Of a DNA stretch of 64,000 nucleotides, positions 61,787 through 64,000 are shown piece after piece (the first letter of the stretch is position 1; each line of letters opens with the position of its first letter). Location of the stretch: assembly GCA_035716545.1 (NCBI GenBank), contig DASTJM010000047.1, positions 2,868 to 66,867 of the forward strand, in the 5' to 3' direction. Made by a program: the position numbers and the translations under genes. Origin of the DNA: Streptosporangiaceae bacterium (GTDB lineage Bacteria > Actinomycetota > Actinomycetes > Streptosporangiales > Streptosporangiaceae). The notes below the pieces were generated by a model. The model made no database searches and was not told the DNA's origin. It worked only from the letters and a program-made list of their open reading frames with translations.

Positions 61787-64000
61787 ATGACGAGCACGAT
61801 CAGCGAGCCAGCCGCCGGGCACAAGGCTCGCGAATCCGCTGCGGCGTGGCCGGCCAGGCTTGGCCGCGCGGTGATCGAGCGTCGGCTGACGCGCGACAAG
61901 CTCAGGGTGCCGCGCCCGAGCGTGCCCCTCCTGCACCGGCAGCGGGTTACCAACCTGATCCAGTGCGCGGCCGCCCTGAGGGTGACGACGGTATGCGGGC
62001 CAACCGGAGCGGGAAAGACAATTGCCTGCGCTCTCTGGGCGACCGGGCACGCGTCCGCGGGCAACATCGCCTGGGTCAGCCTCGATCCAGGCGATCGCGA
62101 GCCTGGCAGGCTGTGGAGTCACGTCAGCGCGGCCTTTTGCGAGCTGCCAGCGGCAAGTGATCTCGCGGGTGACTTGCCTGACCCTGACGACCCTAGCTTT
62201 CCGCTGCGGCTAACGCGGGCGGCCGAGCGGCTGACCGTCCCGGTCACGCTCGTGATCGACGACGTGCAGGCACTGACCGGCAGCGACTCGCTGGCGGGCC
62301 TGGACCAGCTGGTCAGGCACGGGCCGGCGTCAGTGCGGCTGCTGCTGGCCGGGCGCCATCTGAACGGCTTGAGCGTCGCGCGGCTACGGGTCGGCGGCGA
62401 TCTCGCCGAGATCGGGGCCAGCGAGCTGGCCTGCACTGCCCCGGAGGCCAGGGCCTATTTCGAGATGCTCGGCATCGAACTGCCGGCGGAGCAACTTGAC
62501 GAGTTGCTTGCCCGCACCGAGGGCTGGATTACCGGATTGAGGCTGGCCGCGATGCGCTCGGGCCCAGACCGGGCTGCCCGGGTGCCGTGGCGCATCACCG
62601 GGGATGAGCCCCAGGTCGCCGACTACCTGCGCGATGAGATCCTGGCCACGCAGCCTGACAGCCACCGTGACTTCCTGCTCAGGACGAGCGTGGCCGACCG
62701 GATCTGCGGTGATCTGGCCGACACGCTGACGGCAGGCAAAGACGGATCGGCCATCCTGGACCGGCTGTGCCGGGAAAACGTCATGATCAGGCCCGAGGGG
62801 CCAGGTCCCGAGATCGAATACCGCTATCATCCGCTGCTGCTCGATCTGTTGCGCGCTCAGCTGCGCCGCGACCTTCCCGCCGAGCTGCCGCTGCTCGCGA
62901 ATCGGGCCGCGCGCTGGCAAGCCGCCCGCGGCCAGCACGCGGACGCACTCCGTAGCGCCGCGGCTGGCGGCGACTGGGACTTCGCCGCCAGCGTCCTGGC
63001 CGAAGCGGGACCAGAATTGCTGCTGCCAGGTCCGGCACTGGCGCTCGAGCCGGTGCTTGCCGCGTTCCCGTCCAGCCGGTTTACCAGCGACGCGGCGGTG
63101 GCCGGGGCGCTCGCCGCGGCGGGCCTGCGTACGGGCGACGGCTGCGCGACCCAACTTCACCTGGACAACGCCCGTGCAGCGCTTGATAGCTGTCCGGCTG
63201 ACCAGCGCCCGATGATTTCCGCCTGGCTTCAGGCGCTCCAGCTGATGCATGCCATCACGACGGGACAGGCAGCCAAGGCTGTGCCGGTCCCGCACCAGGC
63301 AACCGTCAGCGCAGGCACCGCGGCCGAGCATCAGGCGGCCGGACTGCTGTCCAGCGCGACAGGGGTGGTCGCGCTGGCTAGCCTGCGCATCGCGGACGCG
63401 CGAGAGGCGCTGGATCACGCGCGCGGACAGCTCAGCCAGGGCGGACGGGCCGAGTTCCTGGCCCGGGCACGGGGCTGGAGCGCGATCGCTGAGGCGATGT
63501 ACGGCGACTGCATCGCGGCCCGGAATCTGATCTCCGCCACCGAAGAGGACGGTGGTGGCGGCGATGCGCTAGCGCCGCGGCTGGCCAGGATCGGCGCGGT
63601 CTATCTGCACCTGGCCAAGGATGAGACAGCCATCGCACGGCGACTGCTCGATGAGCACGAGGCCACGGGTACGACCCGCGATCCCGGCGCATCGGTGGCC
63701 GAGACCCTAGCGACCCTGGCCAAAGTCAGGCTCGCGCTGTGCCAGGGCGATCACGGCACGGCCCGCAGGCTGGTGACCAGACTCCGCTACGACGCGCTGG
63801 CCGCCCCCGACGGCCCGTACCATGCTGGCCAGGCGTCCTGGCGCGATGGAATCTCGGCTGCGGCACGCGCGGCCGGCGGAGCGTTCCACACCGAGCTCAC
63901 CGCGCTGGACGCCGACATCGCGCTGGGCGAAGACGATCTCGCGCGGGCGAAGCTCGTAGTAGCCAGGGCCACCGCCGATGACGAGACTCGCCGCCTGGCC
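61787..64000 (+). CDS. MalT/LuxR-type large ATP-binding regulator, N-terminal ~738 aa (3' end outside window)
   Basis: Not in the ORF track because no stop is reached. ATG at 61787, and the frame stays open to the window end by manual translation. P-loop VCGPTGAGKTIA and Walker B LVIDDVQAL. It also reads EGWITGLRLAA..VADYLRDEIL and has helical repeats. The expected C-terminal LuxR HTH would lie beyond 64000. Confidence 0.7.
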   Translation, partial: MTSTISEPAAGHKARESAAAWPARLGRAVIERRLTRDKLRVPRPSVPLLHRQRVTNLIQCAAALRVTTVCGPTGAGKTIACALWATGHASAGNIAWVSLDPGDREPGRLWSHVSAAFCELPAASDLAGDLPDPDDPSFPLRLTRAAERLTVPVTLVIDDVQALTGSDSLAGLDQLVRHGPASVRLLLAGRHLNGLSVARLRVGGDLAEIGASELACTAPEARAYFEMLGIELPAEQLDELLARTEGWITGLRLAAMRSGPDRAARVPWRITGDEPQVADYLRDEILATQPDSHRDFLLRTSVADRICGDLADTLTAGKDGSAILDRLCRENVMIRPEGPGPEIEYRYHPLLLDLLRAQLRRDLPAELPLLANRAARWQAARGQHADALRSAAAGGDWDFAASVLAEAGPELLLPGPALALEPVLAAFPSSRFTSDAAVAGALAAAGLRTGDGCATQLHLDNARAALDSCPADQRPMISAWLQALQLMHAITTGQAAKAVPVPHQATVSAGTAAEHQAAGLLSSATGVVALASLRIADAREALDHARGQLSQGGRAEFLARARGWSAIAEAMYGDCIAARNLISATEEDGGGGDALAPRLARIGAVYLHLAKDETAIARRLLDEHEATGTTRDPGASVAETLATLAKVRLALCQGDHGTARRLVTRLRYDALAAPDGPYHAGQASWRDGISAAARAAGGAFHTELTALDADIALGEDDLARAKLVVARATADDETRRLA

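Overview
High-GC, actinobacterial-type chromosomal segment. All calls come from reading the sequence and the ORF track; no database search was possible.

(1) 1-8.2 kb is a decayed integrative or conjugative-element remnant next to a tRNA-Glu/Asp/Phe cluster.
- It holds a twice-frameshifted, truncated COG4646-type methylase-helicase and an intact NUDIX gene.
- It also holds an MmeI-like Type IIG R-M gene killed by three lesions: an IS630 insertion with a TA duplication, an in-frame TGA, and a +1 frameshift.
- A tyrosine-integrase stub carrying a hexanucleotide microsatellite lies closest to the tRNAs.

(2) 8-36 kb is a mix of housekeeping and accessory genes.
- Metabolic and regulatory genes: PspC-domain protein, glutaryl-CoA dehydrogenase-like, several GNATs, a cpYpsA/SLOG plus Tyr-phosphatase pair, thioesterase, tRNA-Lys, Na/Ca exchanger.
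- An orphan C5 DNA methyltransferase sits behind a 16-bp tandem array, followed by a DUF3553 gene and a DEAD-box helicase.
- Further genes: FAD oxidase, ASST-like protein, Ser/Thr kinase, DmpA peptidase, and a large clan-SB peptidase with secreted neighbours.

(3) 36.8-41.6 kb has a 1,347-aa DUF4011 / SF1-helicase / REase-like fusion protein. It overlaps tail-to-tail with a papain-like Cys/His protein.

(4) 43.6-58 kb is the most notable locus, a polymorphic-toxin system.
- An HTH-NB-ARC-TPR STAND regulator is divergent from a membrane-anchored BMP-like ORF.
- That ORF is followed by a ~3,600-aa RHS/YD toxin: DNRLRE domain, three LamG domains, RHS core, Ala/Gly-rich helical pre-toxin segment, GPSAD pentapeptide repeat and a Hint domain with a full autoprocessing residue set.
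- The toxin ends in an unassigned ~115-aa C-terminal domain with an EIHHMP...DH signature, followed by a candidate immunity ORF.

(5) The right end carries a SAM methyltransferase, cspA, DUF2252 and DUF1269 genes. A MalT/LuxR-type regulator runs off the window and is absent from the ORF track.

Several structured intergenic repeats are listed. No CRISPR array and no rRNA were seen.
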